Positions 39,101-48,788 of a DNA stretch of 64,000 nucleotides are shown piece by piece; the stretch's first letter is position 1; each line of letters begins with the position of its first letter. Origin of the DNA: Bacteriovoracaceae bacterium. GTDB taxonomy: Bacteria; Bdellovibrionota; Bacteriovoracia; Bacteriovoracales; Bacteriovoracaceae. The notes under the pieces are model-generated. The model had not been told where the DNA came from. It did not search any database and saw only the letters and a list, made by a program, of their open reading frames with translations. A program made the position numbers and the translations under genes. The stretch covers positions 1 to 64,000 of the forward strand of contig JABIHA010000056.1 in NCBI GenBank assembly GCA_018649885.1, in the 5' to 3' direction.

Positions 39101-39406
39101 AAGGATAAATCTGATTGTAATTCTCAGATTTGGGATTTTAAAACTGGAAGAGATTCGAAGGAAGAAGTTTACCTATTTCAACTCTATCTTTATGCGCTTG
39201 GCCATTACGAACTTAATATCATACCGAAGTCATCATCTACTGAACTTGTAATTGCTTACCTCGACAAAAGGGCAAAGAAGAGTATCTGCCTTAGCTATGA
39301 ACAAATTGTAGAATACATTTTTGGCCACTGGAAAAAACTTGCACAGTTAGATCAAGTAAATGTCAGTCATTGCCAGTCGTGTATTTATCAAAAAATTTGC
39401 ACATAA
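36179..39406 (+). CDS. addA: AddA-like UvrD helicase-nuclease
   Basis: AGAGSGKT, TFTRKAA, TTIHGFC, IDEYQD, VGDVKQAIYGFRG, NYRS, MTTHASKGLEF, RLFYVACTRA, C-terminal PD...WDFKTG; TTG start at 36179 inferred. Confidence 0.9.
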   Translation: MTSPNDEQMVAIKSKGGVLLQAGAGSGKTFVLVNHLIFLIEDIIEKDSSDQQLVFEKLKKLFQSMVLMTFTRKAAGELSIRVSREIESKVKEHGGVWSEVQSMFSLINITTIHGFCSKLLREGYAPAIRSDFEIISEVAQKKRIEDLFLNWVKSRKDLLSEIFLSHDQQTIGALYSIFQDPSLRIDWQGSQESAQGFSDLMRQIFELHDWKYLPQLKDGFLSNFSDQSDKKWFGYLDELSSLLCSTQIKDWDSYQRYLDHFVKYKGVRAPTEKSGLIEVRELMAEAKELRELLVKYADDFGAYLSDDQGQFVGWNEGVVQLIKYIETHYHEYQGLTYADLEYFVLKALEHDGVVDSIKEKYQYFIIDEYQDTSEAQYSIVHKLIGGDYDKAYFVGDVKQAIYGFRGGELNVFLGTKKLVSSVLELSNNYRSTGKVINFNNNFFRYLFKLGAGFKGVDKFEIKISDQICPIEERSDSGHVTSVISPMDQGIKKPTAVIANRLEAKAMVTKIEEILESKLPDEDIAILYKNLAPSSYLIKFLIEKDISFTAQIKIPSREDPVIGIFYLLVSSLLDREDDRLYFEVLTGYLKVLDTSIDLDLVKNIEQWGADIQVLGLYHSFQKFIYKLGISNSNFSNNLQLIKDLCLTTCSDIENVWRKLKTHFDGKYSFEFEYGARPEQIKIMTTHASKGLEFDHVLLGGIYSNGRTVVSKDLLGSIPGSFKWKKSESQKDFYMSPAYILERQIKRKKDFSEDKRLFYVACTRAKDSLTWIDLSINGMYQNSWIGGLRSFFDNELALYNQMVEVQKSGSEKVEDTQAKEIPPLFHISRMGLCEKLTKDNDLVLTSDLSVTRLTTIVECPRKFYLQNICRIDQTDLEKFDLLGVNIGAGKTEGEEVVVKSSAERGSQLHLDISKMIKNRWVIPLTYEGSDDKPILEWVKSELTGGEAEFKYISEKDLKFPVFGHMVSGTPDLVVLPKDKSDCNSQIWDFKTGRDSKEEVYLFQLYLYALGHYELNIIPKSSSTELVIAYLDKRAKKSICLSYEQIVEYIFGHWKKLAQLDQVNVSHCQSCIYQKICT

Positions 39407-39493
39407 TATTTGCTGCTACCCCTCTTTGGCTGGATCATGTTAAAATTATAATAAGTTACATTATAAATTTTTGAATCTAGTCAGGTAATTTCT

Positions 39494-40207
39494 ATGAATA
39501 AAAAATTTTATTTGCTCGCAGTGATGATTTATTTAGTCGTCCCCATTAGCAAAAGTTTTGCAAGTGAGGGCTCAACATACTACAACTTTTCTTGGCTTGA
39601 TCCAGATAAAGAAGTTTATGTTTTGCAAAATCGAAAATACAGAAAGAAGTCTAGGGTTTACCTAACCTTTGGTGGTGGTATTACAACATCAGGTGCATTT
39701 GTTACTGCACAAAACGGACAAGGTAGGCTTGGTTATTTTTTCAGTGAGAGTTTTGGAGTAGAGCTTCTTTATTCCGCGAATTTTGGATCTACAAATTCTA
39801 CCTTTGACGCAGTAAAGGCATTGCGAGTTGTTCCCCTTTATAGAAGAACTAAAAACTACTTTGGCGGCATGCTACTGTGGTCACCATTTTATTCAAAAAT
39901 AAACACTTTTAATATTGTAATGTACTACGACTGGGTTTTTGGTCTTGGAGCAGCTAGGACTCAAGAAGAAAATAATCGGCTTGAGTTTTTAAATAATGGT
40001 GGAAACCATAATAAGCAAGTGGAAGACCATACAGGGGTGATGTGGAATACACACATTCGTTGGTATCTATCTAAGCTTGTCGCTCTCAGAATGGATTTGA
40101 CTGCAATACATTACAAGGTACAAAAGGCAGGGTTTAGAACCCTCGAAACCAAAAAAACATGGAATGATAATTTTGATTTAACTGCTTCACTGCAGTTTTC
40201 ATTTTAA
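39494..40207 (+). CDS. Outer-membrane beta-barrel of the gliding cluster (GltA/B/H-like)
   Basis: Signal peptide, VYVLQNRKY, WSPFYSKIN motif, C-terminal Phe; first gene of the glt operon. Confidence 0.75.
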   Translation: MNKKFYLLAVMIYLVVPISKSFASEGSTYYNFSWLDPDKEVYVLQNRKYRKKSRVYLTFGGGITTSGAFVTAQNGQGRLGYFFSESFGVELLYSANFGSTNSTFDAVKALRVVPLYRRTKNYFGGMLLWSPFYSKINTFNIVMYYDWVFGLGAARTQEENNRLEFLNNGGNHNKQVEDHTGVMWNTHIRWYLSKLVALRMDLTAIHYKVQKAGFRTLETKKTWNDNFDLTASLQFSF

Positions 40208-40227
40208 ACTTATACAAGGCGAACAGG

Positions 40228-41649
40228 ATGTTCAAACTTATTGTATTAATCACACTTTTGATTCCACAATTTTCTTTTGCTGGATATAGAGATGCAAGTT
40301 TAATTTTTGGCCACGGAACCAGAGGAAATGTAAATAAATTTGGAAGAATGGTTGTACACCTAGTAGAGGCAGGAAATTACTATGCCTCGATTCCGCTAAT
40401 AAAAGAATATATGACCTCTACCGGGGGAGCAAATCTTACTCCAGAGCTAGATATGGCCCTAGATGAAATCATATTAAATGTAGGGGTTAGACAGTTTGAA
40501 TTACTTCCCGTGGAAATCTTAAGTAGATCTAATTCTCCTAGTGTTAATTATATTTTGGCCAAGAAGTTTTTTCGAATTGGTAAATATAAAAAGGCATTGA
40601 AATATATTAGAGGAATGAATGATAAGCACTCGATGGCCCCATTCGCAAGGCTTCTAGAGGGATCCGCATACAGCATACTTGGACTGCAAAGAAAGTCCAT
40701 TGATATGTTTAAAAGATGTATCGCTGTGACAGATGATAGTCTTGGCCAAACGAGTGACAAGCTGCAAGTTAGACAACTATTGGTTACCAAGGATGAATGC
40801 CTTATTGGTATTGCTAGAGCTCATTTTGCTGCGAAAAGATATGAGCGCTCAAACCTTACTTACCTTGACCTGCCAAAGAGCTCCTTTGTTTGGCCTGATA
40901 TACTTTTTGAAGAGGCCTGGAATTCTTACTACCGTAAAAATTATAATAGGACGCTTGGAAAACTTGTTACCTACAGTGCTCCTGTATTAGATCATATCTT
41001 TAATCCTGAGATTCATATTCTGGAAGCATTGTCTTATATGGAGCTTTGTCTTTATGGTGATGCAAAGAAGGTAGTAGATAGTTTTTATAAGAGATATTTA
41101 AAACGAAATCAAAGAATTGCTAAATTTATTAAATCAAATGGCAGGGACTATAATTTCTATTACAAGTTAGGAAGGCTAGCTACAAAAGGACCTATTAAAG
41201 GAAATCGTCTTTTAAATAGGTTTATGAAATCAATCGTTCATGGAGCTACCTACAATGATCTTATAGAGTCCTTAATGACTGGAAGACATGAGTTTTCCGA
41301 ATTAAAAAAATTAAAGAGAACACCATTTAACACATTTCTCCTGAAGAACACTTTGGACTCATTAAAAGTTCAGAAAAAGTTAGTGGGAAGCTATGTTAGA
41401 AGGCGTTTAGTAGTAACACACCTACAAGTGAAAAAAGCTTTTCAGCAAATGAGTTATATCAAGCTAGAAGTTCTAGCGAGGAGAAAGGCAGATCTATTTA
41501 GGTACACAGAAGAGCCTGGAGAGAGAAAAAGAGGTGATGTTAAATTTATATCTAGAAATGAAAAACAATATTTTTGGACTTTCAATGGAGAGTTTTGGGT
41601 TGATGAATTAGGAGACTATGTATTTGCCCTTGGAAATGAGTGTCGATAA
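40228..41649 (+). CDS. gltC: GltC-like TPR protein
   Basis: LFEEAW...TLGKL..Y.AP....F.PE and C-terminal WTFNGEFWVDELGDY...C. Confidence 0.75.
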   Translation: MFKLIVLITLLIPQFSFAGYRDASLIFGHGTRGNVNKFGRMVVHLVEAGNYYASIPLIKEYMTSTGGANLTPELDMALDEIILNVGVRQFELLPVEILSRSNSPSVNYILAKKFFRIGKYKKALKYIRGMNDKHSMAPFARLLEGSAYSILGLQRKSIDMFKRCIAVTDDSLGQTSDKLQVRQLLVTKDECLIGIARAHFAAKRYERSNLTYLDLPKSSFVWPDILFEEAWNSYYRKNYNRTLGKLVTYSAPVLDHIFNPEIHILEALSYMELCLYGDAKKVVDSFYKRYLKRNQRIAKFIKSNGRDYNFYYKLGRLATKGPIKGNRLLNRFMKSIVHGATYNDLIESLMTGRHEFSELKKLKRTPFNTFLLKNTLDSLKVQKKLVGSYVRRRLVVTHLQVKKAFQQMSYIKLEVLARRKADLFRYTEEPGERKRGDVKFISRNEKQYFWTFNGEFWVDELGDYVFALGNECR

Positions 41650-44519
41650 TGAATAAGATTATTTTACTAACGGTATTTTTATGTACAATTTCTTTTAGCT
41701 CCTACGCTGATAAAAGAGGGGCATTACTTCAGGTTATCGATGAAGAAATTGGAGAAGTATCTAGACTTTCGAAACAATCAAAGGGAAGAAATCCCAGGTT
41801 GCTATTAAGACTCGCTGAGCTCAATTTAGAAAAAGCAAGACATCTTAAAGAAAGAGAAAATGACAAATATTTGAGATTAAGCGTTAGTCAAAAAAGAACA
41901 GTCAATAGAAAGAAGTTCTTTAGTAAGTCAAAAGCCTATTTTAATAAGGCGCAGTCAATTTGCAAAAGTATTATTGGCAAGTTCAAGAAATTTAGTGGAA
42001 AGGGTGAAGTCTACTATATTATGGCTTTTAACTCGAAAGAATTTAAAGAATTTAAAAAGGCCAGACAGTACTTGCAATATTCAATTAAGTACTCAAAACC
42101 CAAGTCAAAAGTCAGGGTGAAATCGCAATCGGCACTTGCAGAGCTATATTTTAGTGATGGAAAATATGGGCTGGCTGCTCCTCTTTATGAAAGGGCGCTG
42201 CCCTATCAAAAAGATTCAACATGGTGGACAAAAGATTCCTATAACTTGGCCTGGTGTTATTACAGAAAAGGAAAGTTTAATAGAGCAATCGCTAAGATGA
42301 AAGAAGTTTACGCTAAAAGCAAGTCGGGTAAATACGTGGATATGTCATCAAAGGTAGCAGATGACTTGGCCGCCTTTTATGCCGCTGCAGGAAAGCCTCA
42401 ACAGGGAATCAAGTTTTACAAGTCTACCGGTGGTAATATTACAAAGAAACTTATCACTCTTGGGAAGCTTCAATCGGATAAGGGACAGAAAACAAATTCA
42501 CAAAAAACATTCTCTTCTGCTAAGAAAACAACGAATAATCCAGAAGAAATTCTTGAGATTAACTTAGCATTACTCGCTTTATACGAAAAATTTAACGACT
42601 ACAGTAATCATCTAAAAGTTTCAAAAGAGATAAATGCCTATCACAAAGTGAAACCACTTAAAAATGAAGATCTAAAGGTTTTTAAATATCAACTTGATAG
42701 GATGTCAGCTTTTTTACAAAAACAAGTTGTTAGTAAGCACTATAAAAATGTGAAAAAAGTTAGGATACGTAAAGCAAAGCTTGCAGGAGAGTATTTCGAA
42801 ATCCTTGGCAGCATTACGGGGAAGGTCGACTATAAAAAAATCTTCTTAAAGGGAGAGACTCATTATTCGGCCAAGTCTTATGGACCAGCACTTGATAGTT
42901 ATTTTAAAACATTAACTTATGCAGAAAATGCCAAAGATACGAAATATATAAAACTTTCATTAAAAGGACTTCTTGCGGTACTGGGAATGAAGGGACTTTC
43001 AAGGTCTTTAAAGAATAAGCACTTACTTCCAGTTTATCTTCGGTATTTGAAATTTGATCCAAAGTCAAAACGAGCTGAGTCTATTTATCAGAAAGTTTTT
43101 AAAATATACACTGATAAAAAAGATACCAAAAACTCTGAAAAAGTTCTCTATAGTTATAAGGCCAATTTTTCTGGCAAGCTTAAGATACAAGAAGCCATGC
43201 TTGCTCAAATCATGGAAAAAGCTAGAAAAGAAAAAAATGTAAAAGAAATTAGAAAATGGGTGAATCGTATCAATAAAGGTGAGTTTAAGGTTAGTAAAAA
43301 GTATGCTGATAACCTAAATAAGCTCCTACTCAAATATCAGTTTAGCAGAGTTGAATCGGCCAATACAAAGGGTGATAAGAAGTTTGCGCTTCAAGAATAT
43401 TTTAAAATTTACAATAACCCCAAAAGTGAATTACAGGCAAAGAAAAATTCTGCCTATAATATGGCCGTATTGTACTATGAGCTAGGAAGACCTGATGAAA
43501 GTATTTTATGGCAAAATAAATCAGTTGATATGATGAATGGGAGAGAGCTATTAAGATTCCAATCAACATTTCTTCTTATGATTAACTCGCTTTTTCACAG
43601 ACAGCGCTTTAAGAGTGCAAGTGATTTATCTTATAAAATATTTAAAAAAGTTTGCAAGCTGAGGAAATCAAAGAAAGGTGTTTTTTATAAAAATGCCGTG
43701 ATACTAGCGGCGGCAAATGGTGAGACTGAAAAGGTTTTGGCTGTTGCTGATGCCGGAAAGAAATGTGGTATCCCTTATAGCTTAATTGTAAATTCTTATG
43801 TTGAAATTTTAAAAATGCTTGAGAAATCAAAAAGGTGGGGAAAATATAGCGAAGTATTGGAGTACCTTGAATCCAGCAACAAAAACTGGGGAAGTATTAT
43901 TAAGCCGTATTTTAATTTGCTAAGGGCCTATAAAATCTCAGGCCGAAAAGAAGAAGCTGCTCAAATTAGATCAAAAATAATGAGGCTATATAAATTTGCT
44001 AAACGTGAAAGACAAGAAATCCCACTTGAAGGTCTAGATGTTGTTGCCCATTACAAGTTATTAAATCTTGAAAGGGAAATTAAAAAACTCTATGCAGTTA
44101 AACTTCAATATCCTGAAAAACGTTTTAATGCCAGATTGAAAAATAAATTAACACAGCTTGATAGAGTAACTTCTAAGGGACTCGAAATTCTCAAAATTGG
44201 ATCTGGAATAGGAATCGTCAAATCCTATCAATATCTAGTTGAGAGTTATCAAAGGGTGGTACAGGAAATTAGAGATTTCACTCCACCTAAGAAATCAAAG
44301 CAGTACACAGCTGGTTTTAAAAAGAGTATGAGCAGCCTAACTCAACCTCTTTTAAAAAGAAGCTTTGATTTTATTAAGGAATCAAAAGGACAAATCAAAA
44401 AATCCCAAATTTTGAGTAGAGAAAATTATTGGTTCTTTTCCTCTGAGAGACTGCCAATTAAAGTCGATTACTCCTCACGCCTTAGAGGCATTATTATGGA
44501 TAGAGGAGGCAAGAGATGA
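41649..44519 (+). CDS. gltD: GltD/AgmU-like large periplasmic TPR protein
   Basis: Signal peptide, LLRLAEL, YNLAWCYY and other TPRs; position in the operon. Confidence 0.65.
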   Translation: MNKIILLTVFLCTISFSSYADKRGALLQVIDEEIGEVSRLSKQSKGRNPRLLLRLAELNLEKARHLKERENDKYLRLSVSQKRTVNRKKFFSKSKAYFNKAQSICKSIIGKFKKFSGKGEVYYIMAFNSKEFKEFKKARQYLQYSIKYSKPKSKVRVKSQSALAELYFSDGKYGLAAPLYERALPYQKDSTWWTKDSYNLAWCYYRKGKFNRAIAKMKEVYAKSKSGKYVDMSSKVADDLAAFYAAAGKPQQGIKFYKSTGGNITKKLITLGKLQSDKGQKTNSQKTFSSAKKTTNNPEEILEINLALLALYEKFNDYSNHLKVSKEINAYHKVKPLKNEDLKVFKYQLDRMSAFLQKQVVSKHYKNVKKVRIRKAKLAGEYFEILGSITGKVDYKKIFLKGETHYSAKSYGPALDSYFKTLTYAENAKDTKYIKLSLKGLLAVLGMKGLSRSLKNKHLLPVYLRYLKFDPKSKRAESIYQKVFKIYTDKKDTKNSEKVLYSYKANFSGKLKIQEAMLAQIMEKARKEKNVKEIRKWVNRINKGEFKVSKKYADNLNKLLLKYQFSRVESANTKGDKKFALQEYFKIYNNPKSELQAKKNSAYNMAVLYYELGRPDESILWQNKSVDMMNGRELLRFQSTFLLMINSLFHRQRFKSASDLSYKIFKKVCKLRKSKKGVFYKNAVILAAANGETEKVLAVADAGKKCGIPYSLIVNSYVEILKMLEKSKRWGKYSEVLEYLESSNKNWGSIIKPYFNLLRAYKISGRKEEAAQIRSKIMRLYKFAKRERQEIPLEGLDVVAHYKLLNLEREIKKLYAVKLQYPEKRFNARLKNKLTQLDRVTSKGLEILKIGSGIGIVKSYQYLVESYQRVVQEIRDFTPPKKSKQYTAGFKKSMSSLTQPLLKRSFDFIKESKGQIKKSQILSRENYWFFSSERLPIKVDYSSRLRGIIMDRGGKR

Positions 44520-45427
44520 AATACCTTAATATCTTATTATTTGTCTTATTTCTTGTGAGTTGCTCTAGTGCTCCAAAGAAAACTACTATTGATCTTCCAG
44601 ATGATTTTGACGATATTAAAAATGAAGACTTTACATCAGTTGTAGAAGTTCCCTATAGGTCACACCTGGATAATTTTAAAGAAAACCAAGCAATCACAGA
44701 TGATTCTCTTGCAAAAGAATCCCTTGGTAGATTTTCTGAAAAAAGACTAGAGCCACTTATCGAGTCTGGAGATCCCATTAGTAAATCCCTTGGAATGTGC
44801 TACCGCGGTGAAACCCAGGAAGGTCTTAAAAATCTTGATGGTAATATAGAAAAATACCAAAAGCATCCAAGTTTTTGGACCGCTATTGGCACTTGCTACT
44901 ATTTGCGAAAGGAATTCCGTAAGGCCCTTTTATTTTACAATAAGACCATCGAAGTTGATTCGAATTATGCACCTTCCTACAACAATTTAGGCGTGCTTTA
45001 TATGAGAGATAACTTAGATCAAAAAGCACTCGTCGCTTTCCAAAAGGCTGCTAAATTAAATCCTTTTTCTTTGACTCCTATTTTCAATTTAGCGTTCTTG
45101 TACTTAGAGTATGGGCATATCAAAAAAGCTGAAACTTATTTTAAATCCCTCCACAATCAGTATCCACAAGATAAGGACGTATTGATTGGAAGGGCCACGA
45201 CCTATCTATTCCAAAATAAAATTGAAAGTGCATTAAAGTTATACTCTCAACTAGACTCTGATTACACTGAAAGACCAGATGTGGGCCTTAATTTTGCTGT
45301 AGGTTTATTTTTGAGTGGTAACAAGAATAAGGCTTCAGATATCTTTGAAGATATAAATGTTGAAAAGCTAGGCCGTTTGAAACCCTACTACGATAGAGTC
45401 AAAAAGCTTATTGGAGATAAATCGTGA
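44516..45427 (+). CDS. gltE: GltE/AglT-like TPR lipoprotein
   Basis: Lipobox LVSC; TPRs (YNNLGVLY, FNLAFLYLEYG). Confidence 0.65.
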   Translation: MKYLNILLFVLFLVSCSSAPKKTTIDLPDDFDDIKNEDFTSVVEVPYRSHLDNFKENQAITDDSLAKESLGRFSEKRLEPLIESGDPISKSLGMCYRGETQEGLKNLDGNIEKYQKHPSFWTAIGTCYYLRKEFRKALLFYNKTIEVDSNYAPSYNNLGVLYMRDNLDQKALVAFQKAAKLNPFSLTPIFNLAFLYLEYGHIKKAETYFKSLHNQYPQDKDVLIGRATTYLFQNKIESALKLYSQLDSDYTERPDVGLNFAVGLFLSGNKNKASDIFEDINVEKLGRLKPYYDRVKKLIGDKS

Positions 45428-45696
45428 AGATTTGTGTGTTTATTACATTCTTTGTTTTTATGGCCACCGCAAGTTCTCAAGAAAATATTGCGCTCAGGAA
45501 GAAAGAAGCAAAGATTATTTATAAGTATAAGAAATATGAAAGATTTGATTTCGAGGATTTTTCGATTGAAGGTGACTCTGGTGGTCCAGGTGATCTCTCG
45601 ATTACCCCTCGCCACGGTAAGAAATTTAAAAATAAACTTCCTCTTCGCAGAAACTTTAACCCAGAAATGCGAAGAGCAATTAATGCAATGAAATAG
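45424..45696 (+). CDS. gltF: GltF-like small exported protein
   Basis: Signal peptide; FDFEDFSIEG...P and R.NF.PE motifs; lies between gltE and gltG. Confidence 0.7.
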   Translation: MKICVFITFFVFMATASSQENIALRKKEAKIIYKYKKYERFDFEDFSIEGDSGGPGDLSITPRHGKKFKNKLPLRRNFNPEMRRAINAMK

Positions 45697-45710
45697 ATAG
45701 GAAGGTTGTA

Positions 45711-47828
45711 GTGGAAAAAGAGCCTTTTGTACCACCGAATGAATTATTCGAACTCATCCCTGCAAATGGTGAGACGCGTTTTTCAGGTGTTGTGCTGACA
45801 AAGAAGAGATTACTGCTCGGTAGATCAGAAAATTGTGATGTTGTTTTTCATGACTCCACAGTTTCTGCTATTCACGCTGTAGTAGAAGTTACACCAGGTG
45901 GTGCAATTGTCTACGATCTCAATAGTACCAATGGAACCTTTGTTAATGGTAAAAAGATTGTTACTGAGAAAGTATCAGAGGGCGATCAGGTTAGATTTGG
46001 ATTAATCGAGGTGAGCTTTAAAAAGTACGCTATGGGTGATGTATTGCCTCCGGTGCTTGATTCACTTGCTCCGAAATCTGCAAATCATCCTCACAGACCA
46101 CTACCAAAACAGCCCTTAGTTCTTGGCGGTGAGGAAAAATTAGCACCTACCTTGCAACCACCTACAAGTGGTGCAGATGAGACTATTTCAGAGGATCTTC
46201 CTCCTGCTCCAGAAAAATCGTCAGCAATTAGAGAGCTTCCGCAAAAACCTATTATTGAGGAATCCGATGATGGAATTCCCTATGTCAGTTACCCATTAGC
46301 ATCTGATCCCAAAGCGGAATTCAGTGAGTATATTTTTGAAGATTTAGAGACTCTTTATCCAATATTTAAATATGATGTTACAAAGTCGAGTGTAGAAGTT
46401 GTTATCATTAATGATGAAAATATTATTTCTGTTGATTACCTTCCCGGTAAAGACGGGGTATTTGGGCTTGTAGGCTACCTTCCTAAAGACAAGGATGTTG
46501 AGTTTGCTTACCTTGGTAAAAATGAGCGCCTAGATTTTGTTACCATAAGTGGTAATCAAGTTAGTGTCTTAGTTCCTCACAGCTACTCAGTTCTCTATTT
46601 AGACAAGGAAGGAAATCGGTTAGAGCGAGATGATATTAAGACAGATCACATAGACCTGAAAGAAAATGAGATTTTATCTTTTAGAAATGGTGATCTTCAA
46701 ATCTTTGTTCGAAATACTGAAGCGCCTCCCAAAGTAAAGGCTGCACCAGTATTCAGAAGAGATAAAACGCTTGGGAAATATTTTCTGATTATCTTTTTAT
46801 TCTTATTATCATTTCTCAGTGTTCTAACTTTTATTGATATAGATGAAGAAATAGAAAAGGAAAAGGCACCAGAGAGAATCGCAACTATCTTGTATAAGAA
46901 AAAGCTCATTGTCCCCAAGAAAAAAAGCAGCGATTACGTTCCTAGCCCCAAGAAAAAAACACCTAAAACACCAAAGCGTAGAAAAGCTGTTAAGCCTACG
47001 ACGACTAAAGCAGCAAAAAAGATTGTCAAAAAAGTGGCCAAGACTACTCATAAGTCTACTACTCCAAAAGCGGTGAAAAAGGTAACCCCTAAAAAGGCAA
47101 CGACTAAAAGACCTAAAAAGGTAGTTCGGAAAAAGACTCAAGTCGCTCCTAAAAAGACTAAGAAGATTGGTGGTAAACCTAATGCTGGTGCAGCAAGCAG
47201 GAGAAGAGCCAGAAATACAAAGTCTAAGGGTAGAGTTGATACTTATAAATCAACAGACTTTTCCTCTACTATGAATTCACTCTTGGCGAAAGGAGGGAGT
47301 GCTACAGGAGTGCAAACTCAGAATGCCGCTTCTGGAGATACTGGGCTAACAACTACCGCTATTGGTGGTAGTGAGGCGACTGCTGCTGAGATTGCCAACG
47401 TTGAACAAAAAGTTGGAAGTCTCACAGGTGCAGCAGATGGAAAGTTAGCTGCCTCCAAAGGTGCCGAAGGACTCGTAGATAAGAAGTCTGTAATGACCGC
47501 AGGAATTCCATCCAAGACAGTTGTTTTGGGATCCATGGATCCAGATATCATTAGAAAGATTTTGCGAGATCATCTCCCTCAATTTCAAAGATGTTACCAA
47601 AATGAACTTGATGCCACCTATAAAAAAATCCAAGGTGTGATTCCACTGAATTTTACCATTGGATCATCGGGGCATGTTGTGAAGGCCGGATTAAGGGGAG
47701 CTTCGCGCTTTCCACCTGGCATGGTCAACTGTACTTTAAGTGTTTTGAGAGGGATTACTTTTCCTGAGCCACTTGGTGGAGGAAAGGTTGAGGTTAATCA
47801 ACCTCTAAACTTTCTTCCACGAAAATAG
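45711..47828 (+). CDS. gltG: GltG/PglI-like protein: FHA domain, TM helix, Lys-rich linker, TonB-C-like AgmX/PglI C-terminal domain
   Basis: GR...CD...VSAIHA...DLNSTNGT (FHA); GSMDPDII...FQRCYQ...FPEPLGGG.VEV..P. Confidence 0.8.
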   Translation: MEKEPFVPPNELFELIPANGETRFSGVVLTKKRLLLGRSENCDVVFHDSTVSAIHAVVEVTPGGAIVYDLNSTNGTFVNGKKIVTEKVSEGDQVRFGLIEVSFKKYAMGDVLPPVLDSLAPKSANHPHRPLPKQPLVLGGEEKLAPTLQPPTSGADETISEDLPPAPEKSSAIRELPQKPIIEESDDGIPYVSYPLASDPKAEFSEYIFEDLETLYPIFKYDVTKSSVEVVIINDENIISVDYLPGKDGVFGLVGYLPKDKDVEFAYLGKNERLDFVTISGNQVSVLVPHSYSVLYLDKEGNRLERDDIKTDHIDLKENEILSFRNGDLQIFVRNTEAPPKVKAAPVFRRDKTLGKYFLIIFLFLLSFLSVLTFIDIDEEIEKEKAPERIATILYKKKLIVPKKKSSDYVPSPKKKTPKTPKRRKAVKPTTTKAAKKIVKKVAKTTHKSTTPKAVKKVTPKKATTKRPKKVVRKKTQVAPKKTKKIGGKPNAGAASRRRARNTKSKGRVDTYKSTDFSSTMNSLLAKGGSATGVQTQNAASGDTGLTTTAIGGSEATAAEIANVEQKVGSLTGAADGKLAASKGAEGLVDKKSVMTAGIPSKTVVLGSMDPDIIRKILRDHLPQFQRCYQNELDATYKKIQGVIPLNFTIGSSGHVVKAGLRGASRFPPGMVNCTLSVLRGITFPEPLGGGKVEVNQPLNFLPRK

Positions 47829-47856
47829 AATACTAGAGGAGCTCTCTAGTATTCTA
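47826..47856. terminator. 13-bp perfect hairpin containing both convergent stop codons
   Basis: TAGAATACTAGAG-GAGCT-CTCTAGTATTCTA. Confidence 0.6.
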
Positions 47857-48586
47857 CATCAAATATATAATGTGAATGAACATTATATGTACTCATCGGT
47901 GGTGAATAAGGGGTCACTCTAATCATGTGGTCCACATGAATTGGATTGAGTAGCAGTGGCAAGTCTGGAACTATCGTCATTCTTTTAATGTTGTATCCGC
48001 TATTGCTGAGACAATCAACTTGGTGACCTTGATAAGTGCCTCCATCAAAGTTTACATTTCCTGAACTCATTAGGTAGCACGTACCGTAGTTATAAAACAT
48101 ATTGTTAATTTTTTCTGTTTTTGTCAGCACCTGATTTCGCTTTATTCTTCCAACTCTTTGCCAACCAGTACTTCCAAAGCTAATGGATAGGTTTCCATTA
48201 AAAAAGTTTCCGCTGGTAGAAAATCCCCAGTTGCTACTATAACTAAAGGTTGTCAGATCATAATCGACAGAGTCTGCTGCAATTGAATTAATCTCAAAAT
48301 GCTTTTTTCTTCTATCTTGAAAATACATCTTCTTTATATTGCTACCTGCTTGTAAGCCTCCTCCATCTAAGGATTGGCCTTCCATAAAGCTAACTAACTC
48401 TTCTATGGTGTCAATATCAGTTGTAGCAACACCAGAAGTATTTGTGTACGAAGAAGTTCCCGAAGGTGATCCTGCACCGGTAGCCGCTCCATATTCTACT
48501 GGGTTGTCGCCCTCATCGGAACCACATCCTGATAGAAAAATCAGTGTAATTAGGAGAAATACTCCATTTAAAATTCCCTTTCTCAT
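47846..48586 (-). CDS. Lipoprotein, unknown function
   Basis: Lipobox LSGC, flexible G/S/T linker, AAGGGG SD. Confidence 0.7.
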   Translation of the reverse strand: MRKGILNGVFLLITLIFLSGCGSDEGDNPVEYGAATGAGSPSGTSSYTNTSGVATTDIDTIEELVSFMEGQSLDGGGLQAGSNIKKMYFQDRRKKHFEINSIAADSVDYDLTTFSYSSNWGFSTSGNFFNGNLSISFGSTGWQRVGRIKRNQVLTKTEKINNMFYNYGTCYLMSSGNVNFDGGTYQGHQVDCLSNSGYNIKRMTIVPDLPLLLNPIHVDHMIRVTPYSPPMSTYNVHSHYIFDVEY

Positions 48587-48625
48587 TTCTTTGTCCCCTT
48601 TTTTAGTTACATCACCTACCTAAAT

Positions 48626-48643
48626 AAGCAATCGAGAGGCCAA
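48626..48643 (-). promoter_or_regulatory. sigma54 (-24/-12) promoter
   Basis: Minus strand TTTGGC-CTCTCGA-TTGCT with exact GG-N10-GC spacing, 40 nt upstream of the ATG at 48586. Confidence 0.65.
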
Positions 48644-48732
48644 AAATGACAACAATTTGAGGCGATTTGAGCCGAATTTTGTTTATGTGTCTGATGGGTG
48701 TCTAAAAATTAGTCACTTTTTGTAACCAAAAC

Positions 48733-48762
48733 AAAGAGGCCCTCTCATGAGGGCCTCTTTTA
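48733..48762. terminator. Intrinsic terminator (bidirectional form)
   Basis: AAAGAGGCCCTC-TCAT-GAGGGCCTCTTT perfect 12-bp stem. Confidence 0.85.
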
Positions 48763-48788
48763 TAATCATTCAATAAATTTTATTTAAA

